Part shown: piece by piece, positions 1 through 10,085 of the stretch
Position numbering within the stretch: the stretch's first letter is position 1
How the letters are laid out: the number at the start of each line of letters is the position of its first letter
Virus record (IMG/VR): IMGVR_UViG_3300048631_000217
DNA from: a virus
Taxonomy: Duplodnaviria > Caudoviricetes
Direction: 5' to 3' (one strand)
DNA length: 64,000 nucleotides
Translations under genes and position numbers: made by a program
Notes under the pieces: model-generated
What the model was told of the DNA's origin: nothing
The model's input: the letters and a program-made list of their open reading frames with translations, nothing else
Database searches by the model: none

Positions 1-3000
1 TCTTTGACGGTCAGAACCGTATTCGATGTAATTGCCGATATCTCGGCCAATTCATAGGTATTGGCTCCGGTATAGATAACCAGAGTATCCCCCAACTGGT
101 GTTGACTGAAATTGGTTCCGGTCCCGGTAATCGTCGTATTCCCAGATGTTACCGAAATGGTTCCGGCAGAATTTGCAGTTACTTTGGCAACATATTCACC
201 TTCCGCAAAATCTCCGGTAGCACTATCGACAGTCAGGAATTCACAATCTCTTGTTCCAAGATATATTGTGGATTTCTTGGTTGTGTATTCATTGCGGAAA
301 ATCGCGAATTTCAGGTTCTCGTTCTGGAAAGCTGTCCAAGCACGGTTATTCGTTGACGCGAACAACGTTCCGCTGCTCATATCTCGGACAATCGGACGCC
401 CGGAAATAACCCCGTTTTCGCCGGGGGTAGACGTGAATACACGGTAATCGGGACTATTGGCATCCGGCTTGATGACCAGAGCATATTCCTGACCGCTTTT
501 CAGATAAATCGGTTTATCGAAAATGAACGGAGTCCATACGCTACCGTCCCCGGATACTGTAACCTCATCTGAAGTCAAATGCTTCGTGGCAAATGGAATC
601 TTGCGTTTGGCTGGATATCCATTGACAGTTTCCCGAATCTCGACAGTCACACCGAATGTCGGAGATTTCTTGCGGAAGAATAGCCATACCTTGTCAACCG
701 CCAAAGCGTTATCGTTAGTCTCACCTCTCGGGACAAAGAAGGTTTGGGCAATAGGATCAGACCCCTCATCCGAACTTTGTTGGATCGGGAAGTTCTGAAC
801 CAATACCCGTGCCGTTGTCTCGACTTCGGGCAAGCGTGTCGATAGCCCCGCCTTCTCAACCGACATATTGAATGCGCGGTAGATGAAGGAAGCCCGTGAC
901 GTAGATGTGTCTCGATCCTGATAGAGTTGAGTATCGTAGATCTCAAGCTTGCGATCCCCGGTGAAGAACGTTTTCGGCGGGATGCGGAAGATTGCCCTCA
1001 GAACGCCCTTGGCATCGGTTCTGACGCCTGTTCCGAACTTTCCTGCCCTTACCATATCCATAGGACGAGTTGCCCCGTTACGGCGTCTTGCAGGCGCTAT
1101 GTTTGGGTTGACGGCTGTACCATCGAAGAAAAACCAATGCAGGGTATTTGGGCGTAGACCGGATACGAAGATCCGCACGTTACGTCCGCGCATGAACGGA
1201 GAATATGAAACGTTTGTTACAAAATCCCCGACCTCTACCGTATTGGTCCCGGCATTCTGGAATCGAATATCAGTGTTCGTGACAGTGACATTCTGTGCCC
1301 CGATACGAGTGCTTTCCACCTGAAGCGGAACGATAGAATTCAGAGAATCCACGAAATCGCTGAATACGTTTCCAACGTCTATTGTCACATCAGGGGCACG
1401 ACTTGTATCGTATGCAGCGTCATATGAAGGCTGCATATACGCTTTACCCGAGAAGATATAGTAATCGGTAACGCAGTTACGGGTTCCCGTAGCGGTTAAT
1501 TGCTTGACCAAGAACCTGTCAGTATTCGGAGTGATCGTCGCGATTGTATCGTCATAGTTTCTTGCCGAAACCCAAGAATTTTCATCAACTGCCGTCAAGT
1601 CAAGAGGAATGGCGCGGAACTTTGGTGTAATTTCGCTCTTGGCAGGATCAATACCCGCCTTGAATTCCGTGTCCTTGATATCGGCAATCTTCAGGTTATT
1701 GAAATTGTCAACGAAAATCCCGTTCTTGAACCTGTCGGCACCTGTCGCATCGGTAATCAACATATTGACCGCCTTTTGCTCCAAGGCATTCAATGCTGTG
1801 TAATATTCAAGCGAATCCAGACGGCGTTCGATTCCCCCAATATCGCGCATTGTGTAACGGCGATTCTCATTGGTCTTTATCGTGACCCCGAATTCCGGGC
1901 GGTTCTTCCGATCCGCAAGGTTTTTCGGTAGGGACGGATAGGCAGGAACATTGATCGTTGCCAGAATCATACCAGAACTAGGCGGCGCTGGTGGAGTCGG
2001 TTTTTCGCTCGCCTCACCTTTATCGACCACGAAATTACCCTCACTGTCGATATACAGGATATCGAAACGGTTCATGTAGTATTCGTAATCTGTTTCGATA
2101 TTCTCATTCGGGGCGGGGATGTATAGATCGCCACTCCCGAAGGTTGTCGTGCCATTCGGGTTGATTGTAGCCGCAGCTTCCGTTTCGGCATAAGATGCGG
2201 TGTTTTCGGCATAGGGGCGGAAGTCTATGCAATTACGCAAATCGTATCTCTTTCCGTCTTTGGCGACAAAGATCGGAATATCTTCCGTGCGAATTGAGGT
2301 ATTCGGTGCCCCATCACTATCATTGATCGGGTAGCTATCGACCGTGAAGAACCCTTCGGCATAAGAGCCGGTTGTGTTCTTTCTATAGACTTTCAACTTG
2401 ACCAATAGTTTGCTATTCGCCGGAATTGAATATCCGGCTGTCACCAGTCTGGAAAGGTTGTATGTCTCTAGAGTATCGTTTTTCAGAACCCGGAATTTAG
2501 ACTTGACCGAAGGATTGCTTTCGGAATAGGTATTACCCTGCCAAACGTTTTCGATACCGATAACATCCGGCAGACCTAGACTATAGGAACCGCTATTCGT
2601 ATTCGGGTGCGTTGCTGTGTCGATCTTGACATAGACATACTTGATGTCTTTCTTGCGAGGTGCAGCAATGGTTCTCTTTACATTGTAATAGACGATAGCC
2701 GCCATATCCGCCGCTGGTGTAGACGGCAGAGTGATTGTCAATGATTGGCTGCTGGTAACTTCGATTGTCGCTCCTGTCAGATTGATCGGAACCCCTTGGG
2801 TATATGGACTTTGAGTAGCATTCGCGATAACTTCGAAATCAGCCTTTTGAGTATCATTCAGGATACCGATACCATATGGCCATTCATCGTTTCCTGTCAG
2901 GTTGATAACGATATTCGCGGTAATGGAATCTGCGGTTAGCGAACTATTTACCGTACGATATACATAATCAGTGGTAGCCGATACAACCGATTTGATGGCA

Positions 3001-4481
3001 CTTCTGCCAATTTCGAAAATGTATGAACCGAACGCGCGTTCCTTGATGACCGGACGCCCGCTTTCCAGAATGAGATCGGCGGCACCTTTGATACTTCCGT
3101 CATGGAATACCGAACGAACGTCATCGAAGTTCTTTCCAGAATCCATGACGATATCGGTAATGTAAAGACGATATTGTGTCTGGGCAGAACCTAACGTACC
3201 GGCATGTTTCATCACCGAACGAATCTTTGCCGTGCCGATTTTCGATGCACTAGGATATGTTCCGGTGCTACCCGCCGTAGCGCGAGCCAATGCCACATCA
3301 TGCAAGGTAACGGTCGCGGCATTCTGATAAGAGAAGCCGCCCATGTATTCCTTGACGATTACATATGATCCGTAATTGGTCGTAATATTCTGTTGAATTT
3401 CTGTTTCGAATTCCGTCGCCTTATCCAGCGGCAATACATAGCGGTCAAGCAATTCGACACGGCGACCGTCAACATATCCAAGACCTCGACCCACTGAAAG
3501 ATCAAGTAGGGATGAATTTGCTGAATTGTTCGTAATAGCAAGAGGAAATTCGTTTACTGTGTAGTTACCAGATTCCTCGAATGTACGTTTCTGCACTTCA
3601 TTGAAAATGGTCGAATACTGTGTAGTCAGGTTTTGGCTGACAATTCGTCCACCTTGGTATTTCTGTAATTCAAGGAAGGTTTCGTCATCATCTGCAATTG
3701 TCGAATCCACGGCGATAAGCCTAGGAGTCAATACGATACGATCAGCGCCCGGCGCATTTTCGTTCGGATGCCCTTGGGCATTATCCAATAGCGACGTATC
3801 GTTGTTGGAATTTACGATAGATTCGTCAGTGACGAACCCTAGGGAAATGTTATCTGGCAGGTTCGTGTATTTTGAAACGATTGTCAATTGCTCGTCAACG
3901 CGAACAAAGAACCCCTTTTGATAAATGATGCCATCACTTAGACGTACCGCATAGGCTGTGCCTACGGAATCTGTATCGACTGTACCGGCTGCAACAACTT
4001 CAGCAATCAAGGCATCTGTATCAATATCTCTAATCTCAATCGTTTCCGTTCCAGAAAACACCTTGTCATCATTCGCCCCTGTTCCGGTATAGGTGACGAA
4101 TAGAGTATTCAAGTCAGGAACTTGGCTTTCCAAACCTGTTGCCACTTCGGTAACAATAGCCGTAACACCTGTAGTCTTACCCACGGCTTTATGGGTCTTG
4201 TAGGATGACATGGATACGGGTGCGCCGTTTCCTTGAAGATCAAGGATTTTGACAAAACCAAGATTACGGATTTCGCTGAAGCTGCACCCGCTGATGACCG
4301 TCCCTTGGCGCAGGATATTGTCACCAAACCGTTCGATCTGGTTTTGGAGAATGGTTTGAAGTTGGGTTAATTCACGCGCCTGAACCGCCACCGAAGGCTT
4401 GAATAGAATCCGATGAAAGTTCTTGCTTTCATCGAAATCGTCAAAATACGGCGACTGGTTGGTGTTTGTGTTAAGGCTCAT
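1..4481 (-). CDS. Large virion structural protein, DUF4815/VrlC-like (3' end runs off the window)
   Basis: Not in the ORF track because it is truncated. Manual translation from ATG at 4481 gives MSLNTNTNQSPYFDDFDESKNFHRILFKPSVAVQARELTQLQTILQNQIERFGDNI, the typical N-terminus of this family; lies directly after gp8. Confidence 0.85.
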   Translation of the reverse strand, partial: MSLNTNTNQSPYFDDFDESKNFHRILFKPSVAVQARELTQLQTILQNQIERFGDNILRQGTVISGCSFSEIRNLGFVKILDLQGNGAPVSMSSYKTHKAVGKTTGVTAIVTEVATGLESQVPDLNTLFVTYTGTGANDDKVFSGTETIEIRDIDTDALIAEVVAAGTVDTDSVGTAYAVRLSDGIIYQKGFFVRVDEQLTIVSKYTNLPDNISLGFVTDESIVNSNNDTSLLDNAQGHPNENAPGADRIVLTPRLIAVDSTIADDDETFLELQKYQGGRIVSQNLTTQYSTIFNEVQKRTFEESGNYTVNEFPLAITNNSANSSLLDLSVGRGLGYVDGRRVELLDRYVLPLDKATEFETEIQQNITTNYGSYVIVKEYMGGFSYQNAATVTLHDVALARATAGSTGTYPSASKIGTAKIRSVMKHAGTLGSAQTQYRLYITDIVMDSGKNFDDVRSVFHDGSIKGAADLILESGRPVIKERAFGSYIFEIGRSAIKSVVSATTDYVYRTVNSSLTADSITANIVINLTGNDEWPYGIGILNDTQKADFEVIANATQSPYTQGVPINLTGATIEVTSSQSLTITLPSTPAADMAAIVYYNVKRTIAAPRKKDIKYVYVKIDTATHPNTNSGSYSLGLPDVIGIENVWQGNTYSESNPSVKSKFRVLKNDTLETYNLSRLVTAGYSIPANSKLLVKLKVYRKNTTGSYAEGFFTVDSYPINDSDGAPNTSIRTEDIPIFVAKDGKRYDLRNCIDFRPYAENTASYAETEAAATINPNGTTTFGSGDLYIPAPNENIETDYEYYMNRFDILYIDSEGNFVVDKGEASEKPTPPAPPSSGMILATINVPAYPSLPKNLADRKNRPEFGVTIKTNENRRYTMRDIGGIERRLDSLEYYTALNALEQKAVNMLITDATGADRFKNGIFVDNFNNLKIADIKDTEFKAGIDPAKSEITPKFRAIPLDLTAVDENSWVSARNYDDTIATITPNTDRFLVKQLTATGTRNCVTDYYIFSGKAYMQPSYDAAYDTSRAPDVTIDVGNVFSDFVDSLNSIVPLQVESTRIGAQNVTVTNTDIRFQNAGTNTVEVGDFVTNVSYSPFMRGRNVRIFVSGLRPNTLHWFFFDGTAVNPNIAPARRRNGATRPMDMVRAGKFGTGVRTDAKGVLRAIFRIPPKTFFTGDRKLEIYDTQLYQDRDTSTSRASFIYRAFNMSVEKAGLSTRLPEVETTARVLVQNFPIQQSSDEGSDPIAQTFFVPRGETNDNALAVDKVWLFFRKKSPTFGVTVEIRETVNGYPAKRKIPFATKHLTSDEVTVSGDGSVWTPFIFDKPIYLKSGQEYALVIKPDANSPDYRVFTSTPGENGVISGRPIVRDMSSGTLFASTNNRAWTAFQNENLKFAIFRNEYTTKKSTIYLGTRDCEFLTVDSATGDFAEGEYVAKVTANSAGTISVTSGNTTITGTGTNFSQHQLGDTLVIYTGANTYELAEISAITSNTVLTVK

Positions 4482-4491
4482 TAACTACCTC

Positions 4492-6303
4492 TTAGAAATC
4501 TATGATGAACTTAATTCGTTCTCTTTGTGTTGCCGAACGTGAAATCGGCTCCATACTCTCAATATATAGGATATCCCCGGAACCGTCTTCGAGATCTCCG
4601 AGAACTTTGCCGTTGACCTTGGCCACGGCGGAACTTGTCTTCCCAAAGACTTCGGCGACTTTACCGGACGCATCATCCGAAACCCCGAAATACCCTTTCA
4701 CGTTTGCCACCTGAATGACTGTGCTATTGGCTGAATATACTATACCTGTCGCTCCGGTTTCAGGTTGGTCGATAACCTCGTCTTCAAGGAACCCCGAACC
4801 ATTCGGCCCCTGATCCGTCACGTTTACCGATAGGGATTGTAATTGATTGAATGTGCCGATATTCCGATCAACCGCTACAACATTTGATGTAGCTATGGAT
4901 GTATTTGTCGTGTTTGATGATGTTACAGAAACCCCGTCAACGAACTGTCCCAATACCTTTCTAAGACGAATGGTATTGTCACCATCTGCCCCGATCCCGG
5001 CAATCTCCGCAGTCACCAGACCTTGCGTTAATATCTGACCATCGGCAAAGCCTGAAGTATCTTCAAGGGTCAACACAGTGTTGGCGAAATATGGGTTCTT
5101 CAATAACCCGAATTTCCTGAAATCGTTCTGGTAGGGTATTGTACCGTTTTCGTCCCCGTTGAATTCAACGGATATTACGACACCTGTTGAATACAATTCA
5201 TCAAAGACATTCGACCCATGCCCGCCTTTAGGTGAAATGATCGGACGAACTTTTGCGGCCACCGGCAGTTTCGCTTGATTTGTCTGTAGGTCGATATATC
5301 CTGTATTTGCTACAATCGTTACATCGGCATATGTATACCCCGATCCTCTATTGACAACCTCTATGCTGGCGATTGAATTAGAGGTTGAATTGACTGTAGC
5401 AATAGCTACGGCATCTTGTCCGTCTCCGGTTATTCTAACTCTCGGGCCAATGTCGAAATTTGATGTAAAATCTGGTAGAATGTCGAATTCCTTATCCACC
5501 AGAATTCGTCTTTCGTTTCCGGTCACGATATATTCGGCAATCGTTCTGGCCTGTCCAGCCCCGCGACCGCTTCGGATAAAGAACGTATTGTTCTTGTAGA
5601 AATCAGTATTGGCAGATAATTGTGATTCACTCTGGATCGACATAATCAAGTTGTTACCCGCTACAGCAGATTCCTTTACGGTTCCGCTAACATAGCTGTT
5701 GTAATCATAACCGGGCGTTTCGATGATGAAGGTTTCCAAAGCACCGTTAACCGCATTGGCAGCAACATTTACATCCTCGACAACAGGAATGAAATTCAAG
5801 GTAGAAAAATTGTTGAAAACTGTATCAGAAATTGAGTAACAAAACTTCCACACATAGCCGTCATTGGTTCTGTAATACTCATCATCAGGTGACGTTTCGG
5901 ATTTCAAGGGCATGTCTGTAGAAGGTGCCCCAGAATTGTTGTCTAGACATTTGAACACGGAATACTCGGAACTTTCGCTTGTCACAACAAAAAAATTCTT
6001 GTAGGGTAAGTCAATATCGGTATGGTCATAGATATCATAGACCACGCCGCTATCCCACATCACCTTTTTGACAACACGATATACGTCATTCGTCGTAACC
6101 CTTTTGCCGAATGACAATTCATCGTGAATGTCAATATATGTTTCGGTAATGGATGGGGATATGTCGGGTGGATTGGAATCGTCAGGAAATGTGTCGCTTT
6201 TGGCAGCATACAGGTAATAGTAGTTGTTCTCCGAAGGATCGAATGTATCCACGAAGTTTTCAGCCATCTTGATTCTGAAATTAGGTGTGACTAGCTTTCC
6301 CAT
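4492..6303 (-). CDS. gp8: Baseplate wedge protein gp8-like
   Basis: VFKCLDNN, DGYVWKF, IISPKGGHG, NDFRKFGLLKNP and GDILYIE motifs; gp6-gp7-gp8 order. Confidence 0.85.
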   Translation of the reverse strand: MGKLVTPNFRIKMAENFVDTFDPSENNYYYLYAAKSDTFPDDSNPPDISPSITETYIDIHDELSFGKRVTTNDVYRVVKKVMWDSGVVYDIYDHTDIDLPYKNFFVVTSESSEYSVFKCLDNNSGAPSTDMPLKSETSPDDEYYRTNDGYVWKFCYSISDTVFNNFSTLNFIPVVEDVNVAANAVNGALETFIIETPGYDYNSYVSGTVKESAVAGNNLIMSIQSESQLSANTDFYKNNTFFIRSGRGAGQARTIAEYIVTGNERRILVDKEFDILPDFTSNFDIGPRVRITGDGQDAVAIATVNSTSNSIASIEVVNRGSGYTYADVTIVANTGYIDLQTNQAKLPVAAKVRPIISPKGGHGSNVFDELYSTGVVISVEFNGDENGTIPYQNDFRKFGLLKNPYFANTVLTLEDTSGFADGQILTQGLVTAEIAGIGADGDNTIRLRKVLGQFVDGVSVTSSNTTNTSIATSNVVAVDRNIGTFNQLQSLSVNVTDQGPNGSGFLEDEVIDQPETGATGIVYSANSTVIQVANVKGYFGVSDDASGKVAEVFGKTSSAVAKVNGKVLGDLEDGSGDILYIESMEPISRSATQRERIKFIIDF

Positions 6304-6314
6304 CGGTTCCCTTG

Positions 6315-9300
6315 CTAGGTTATTGTAATGACCGAATCCTTGGCCTGTGCCTTGGATTCAACTTGCGTCACCTTTCGGATACCCCCGAATAGCTTTGTGC
6401 CAGCGACATGAAGAACATTACGTAAAACGGTTTCGTATCTATTTAGCGAACGCCCTGATAGAACATCATACGAGAATTCTTGGTAATAGTCGCTGTCCTG
6501 AATTTTCTTTGATGACGAAAGGTGTGAAATATTACTACGCCAGTAACCCGAACCTTTACCGTGATTGACGACATTCGCGTTTCCGGTAATGATGAAAGGG
6601 GTATTCGGATTTGCCAGAGTGACTTCCCCAAGATCCTCGTATCCGAATCCTGAGTCGATCACTTCCACCTCAACCGCGATACCGTTGGCAGACACGACAT
6701 CCCCGTCAATATTCGCATTATCCCCCATGATATTGTAATCTTCGATAGCCACGACTTCATCGACATTGGCCGAAGCCCCTGTCAGGTTTCCGGTAATATG
6801 GACACCCTTGACAAAGGCTGTCTGGAAATTCGTTCTTTCGATTATGACATGTGTGGTATTGGCAGAGATTACCTTACCCTTACCATATGTCCGGGTAATA
6901 GACGAACTCATCAACTGGATCTGATCTCCTGCCATATCCAGAATAGGTGCCCCGGCCATGTCTTCGATGACCGAACCTTCGGTTGAATCCATGGTAAGAA
7001 TTTTTGTCCCGGACATATCTTCGATAGCGACACCGGCCATGTCTTCGATATAAGTTTCATCTGCGATAACCGCACCCTGCACGATCAATTCACCGGGCAC
7101 GAAAGAACCAGACAATGAGGAAATCTTGATGATATAGTTACCGCGTTTATGTGATGCGATATACTTGTTTCTTACCGTAATGAAAGGATCGGCATTATAT
7201 CCGGTTCCGGGGTTGATTGAAGTCAGTCTTGAAATCTCACCAATCGTAAAATTATCGTTTGTCAGAAGATCGGCAATGATTGTCGAAGAATCTCCGTTCG
7301 GACTTCTTTCGAAACCATATCCATAATCCATGACAGGTTCGACATTGGCCGTGATTCCACTCGTCGTACCTATATCCATGACAGGCATTTCGAAATACCC
7401 TTCGCCCGGATTGGTTACTGTAATACTGGTTATTGAGCCATTAGCATCTGTCGTGATATTACCTTCGGCGGCGACCAAAGGGTTTCCGTTGGCATATCCG
7501 CCACCCGAGAAGGTCACGATTGTTCCATTAGAATACATGGTTCCGCCATTGTAGATAGTAACGGAATCCACGAAACCGACACCCGAACCTGACCCATCAA
7601 GACCCACATTCACAAACGGAATGTTTGCGAAATTGTTCGCACCTATAAGGTCGGTATTCAGAGTAACGACTTCCTCATTGGCAATATCACCTATTTTGAA
7701 GTCTGCCGAATTGCCAGTAGAAACGCTATTGATTTCTTTCTGTTTCAATTCCTTGATATTACCGGGAATGGCATCGGCATTCTCGGGACGCCACCATATT
7801 TGCAGCGGAGATAGGATCTTGCCCGCCCATGGGCGATTTGGTTCACCTGCCGGAATGACATTCGGGTTGCCATAATTACCCGGCACATTCCCGAACGCCT
7901 TGACATATCCGCTGGCACTCGCCTGTAACAATCCGTTGATATACAGCTTCATGTCACCGGCTGTTCCAAAGACGATATGCGCCGCCATGTCACCGGATAG
8001 AGGTAGTTGGGACACGGGCACGTCGATAAGGGCCGTGTTGGCCGTTACAGCGGCCCCGTAGCCCGCTCTCACGCGGAAGAGATATCCCCCTACCCCGTCA
8101 CTGCGGATACCGGCCCACAGGGCGTTTGTCTGTCCCCCCATCGACATCAGGCTTCCGGTCGGATCGCCGATATTGAAATCAGGTAGTTTCACATCGAATT
8201 TGAAGATTTTGGCCACGTCAGGTCCAGAATAAAGACTCAGATCGTCAATGGAAGCATTGGCCGAATAGGTAAGGTCAGGATTCGGAAACCCGTATGTCGG
8301 TTCAAATTTCTCGAATTTCGGCGGGTTCCACAATTCATCGCGAACGGTTTTTATAAATGTTCCGTCGCCTGAATAGAAACGTTCGCTGTTGCCATATACC
8401 CCTATCGCGGATGTGTTTTGTCCTATCACGATACCAGAAATGGTCTTGTCAGATACAATGTCGATAACTGCATTGGCCGATGTATTGGCCCCGATTCTGA
8501 CATCAACTGCACCATCATTAGTCGCGGATAGCAGGGTTGCTTGCAGACGCGATTTTCCCCCCCTTACCACGCCATTAACGTCGAAGATTCCGAAGATCTC
8601 ATCAACGATAATGGTATTGGCATCGACAACCGACGATACTTTGGCTCTGGCACCAACTTGATCTACCGTGACATTCGACACCGTTGATGTAGCACCATTA
8701 GCGCCCACCAATGATTCATTGGTCACGAAATCACCGAAACATTCTGACAATACCAGAATCGCCCCGTTGATGGAGTCGATAACCCCATATGAATAGCTTG
8801 TAGTGAAATCCGTATTGCTGATTGTCTTGGTAACTGTCTGTTTTACAGTTTCGCCGACAGAATAGGTTCCGGTCACATTAGACACATTCAGAGTAACAAG
8901 ATCCTCTTCCTCGACAATATCCCCAACAGACACACCGATAGGGCCAGACAAAGCAAGACGTTCCTGCAATCGGAATGAACCGCTTGTCAGGAGAACTTTG
9001 ATATTGCCGTTTGCCGATGGAATACTTATTGAAACGCCATTCGCATCCGTATTGGCTGAGGAAATCACCTTGCCGGTCGCAATGACCGTATTCGATGAAT
9101 TGTACCCTTCAAGAACGGTTCCATAAACGACATTCGAAAGAACATCGGTTCCTGACAGAACAGATAGAGTTTCAAGAGGTTGTTCAACCCTCTCGTATTT
9201 GATGAAATCCTTGTTGGGGTTATCTAGGAAGACGACAGAATCCGAGATATAGATATCGGTCGTATCGGTCTTGGTGTAACCTGATCCGCCGCCGACAATT

Positions 9301-10079
9301 TCAAAGTCAACCTGCCCGGTCGCATCTATGGTTTTCGTGACCCGGATTTGTCCTTGGGTTCCGCTGTCGGATACAACGTCGAAAATGTCGCCGATCTTGT
9401 TATCCCGACCACCTAGGGTAATTTGTACATCCGACAAGGAACCGATAATCGTCGGAGAGTCCGCAATCTCACCATCAGGTAGTACAACGTTTTCCCCCCT
9501 CTTGAATACCCCTTTCACGTCTGATAGATACAGAACGTCAATGATCTTGCCATTGATTCGTTTCGTGACGATACCGTCAACAAAGGCTTTGGCAAGTGAA
9601 ATCGTTCCCGTAATCTGTTGATCCAGATAGGATTTGATTTTCGGAGATCTGGTAACTTCGATATATTCCGGCTTGTGCCATTCTGAGGCAGACGGTTTCA
9701 GAATATCAGAACTCGGATAGTAAACATCAACCTCGTCACCATAGAGAAGTTGCATCAGGAGTTTCAGGCCCTGAATGGTTCCTTTAGACTTGTAGTAGTC
9801 TTGGATATGCTTTATCATGAAACGTTTGTCGGTTGCCGCCACAAACGGGAAATCCGCCAGATACTGTTTCTTGAACTTGACAATGAATTCGTCTAGTGTC
9901 TTGTCCACGTCGAATGATTCCGAAGCCGATTTCCCCCGGTTCAGATAGGACTCTTTGTCGGTTTCAAGGAATTCGTAGTATGCCTTGACGAATTCGACCA
10001 TTTCTCTACCCTCTTCCCGATACAGGTTCGGGAATTGGGTTTCTATGGCGTGTGAAACTGTTTTGACAAAATCTGTCAT
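6315..10079 (-). CDS. gp7: Baseplate wedge initiator gp7-like
   Basis: N-term QFP..FVKAYYEFLE and YYKSKGT; C-term KIQDSDYYQEFSY...LHVAGTKLFG; synteny. Confidence 0.8.
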   Translation of the reverse strand: MTDFVKTVSHAIETQFPNLYREEGREMVEFVKAYYEFLETDKESYLNRGKSASESFDVDKTLDEFIVKFKKQYLADFPFVAATDKRFMIKHIQDYYKSKGTIQGLKLLMQLLYGDEVDVYYPSSDILKPSASEWHKPEYIEVTRSPKIKSYLDQQITGTISLAKAFVDGIVTKRINGKIIDVLYLSDVKGVFKRGENVVLPDGEIADSPTIIGSLSDVQITLGGRDNKIGDIFDVVSDSGTQGQIRVTKTIDATGQVDFEIVGGGSGYTKTDTTDIYISDSVVFLDNPNKDFIKYERVEQPLETLSVLSGTDVLSNVVYGTVLEGYNSSNTVIATGKVISSANTDANGVSISIPSANGNIKVLLTSGSFRLQERLALSGPIGVSVGDIVEEEDLVTLNVSNVTGTYSVGETVKQTVTKTISNTDFTTSYSYGVIDSINGAILVLSECFGDFVTNESLVGANGATSTVSNVTVDQVGARAKVSSVVDANTIIVDEIFGIFDVNGVVRGGKSRLQATLLSATNDGAVDVRIGANTSANAVIDIVSDKTISGIVIGQNTSAIGVYGNSERFYSGDGTFIKTVRDELWNPPKFEKFEPTYGFPNPDLTYSANASIDDLSLYSGPDVAKIFKFDVKLPDFNIGDPTGSLMSMGGQTNALWAGIRSDGVGGYLFRVRAGYGAAVTANTALIDVPVSQLPLSGDMAAHIVFGTAGDMKLYINGLLQASASGYVKAFGNVPGNYGNPNVIPAGEPNRPWAGKILSPLQIWWRPENADAIPGNIKELKQKEINSVSTGNSADFKIGDIANEEVVTLNTDLIGANNFANIPFVNVGLDGSGSGVGFVDSVTIYNGGTMYSNGTIVTFSGGGYANGNPLVAAEGNITTDANGSITSITVTNPGEGYFEMPVMDIGTTSGITANVEPVMDYGYGFERSPNGDSSTIIADLLTNDNFTIGEISRLTSINPGTGYNADPFITVRNKYIASHKRGNYIIKISSLSGSFVPGELIVQGAVIADETYIEDMAGVAIEDMSGTKILTMDSTEGSVIEDMAGAPILDMAGDQIQLMSSSITRTYGKGKVISANTTHVIIERTNFQTAFVKGVHITGNLTGASANVDEVVAIEDYNIMGDNANIDGDVVSANGIAVEVEVIDSGFGYEDLGEVTLANPNTPFIITGNANVVNHGKGSGYWRSNISHLSSSKKIQDSDYYQEFSYDVLSGRSLNRYETVLRNVLHVAGTKLFGGIRKVTQVESKAQAKDSVITIT

Positions 10080-10085
10080 AGGTTA

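Noticed and set aside
99-4327. Many short plus-strand ORFs
   Set aside because: Shadows of the long minus-strand structural gene that runs off the window
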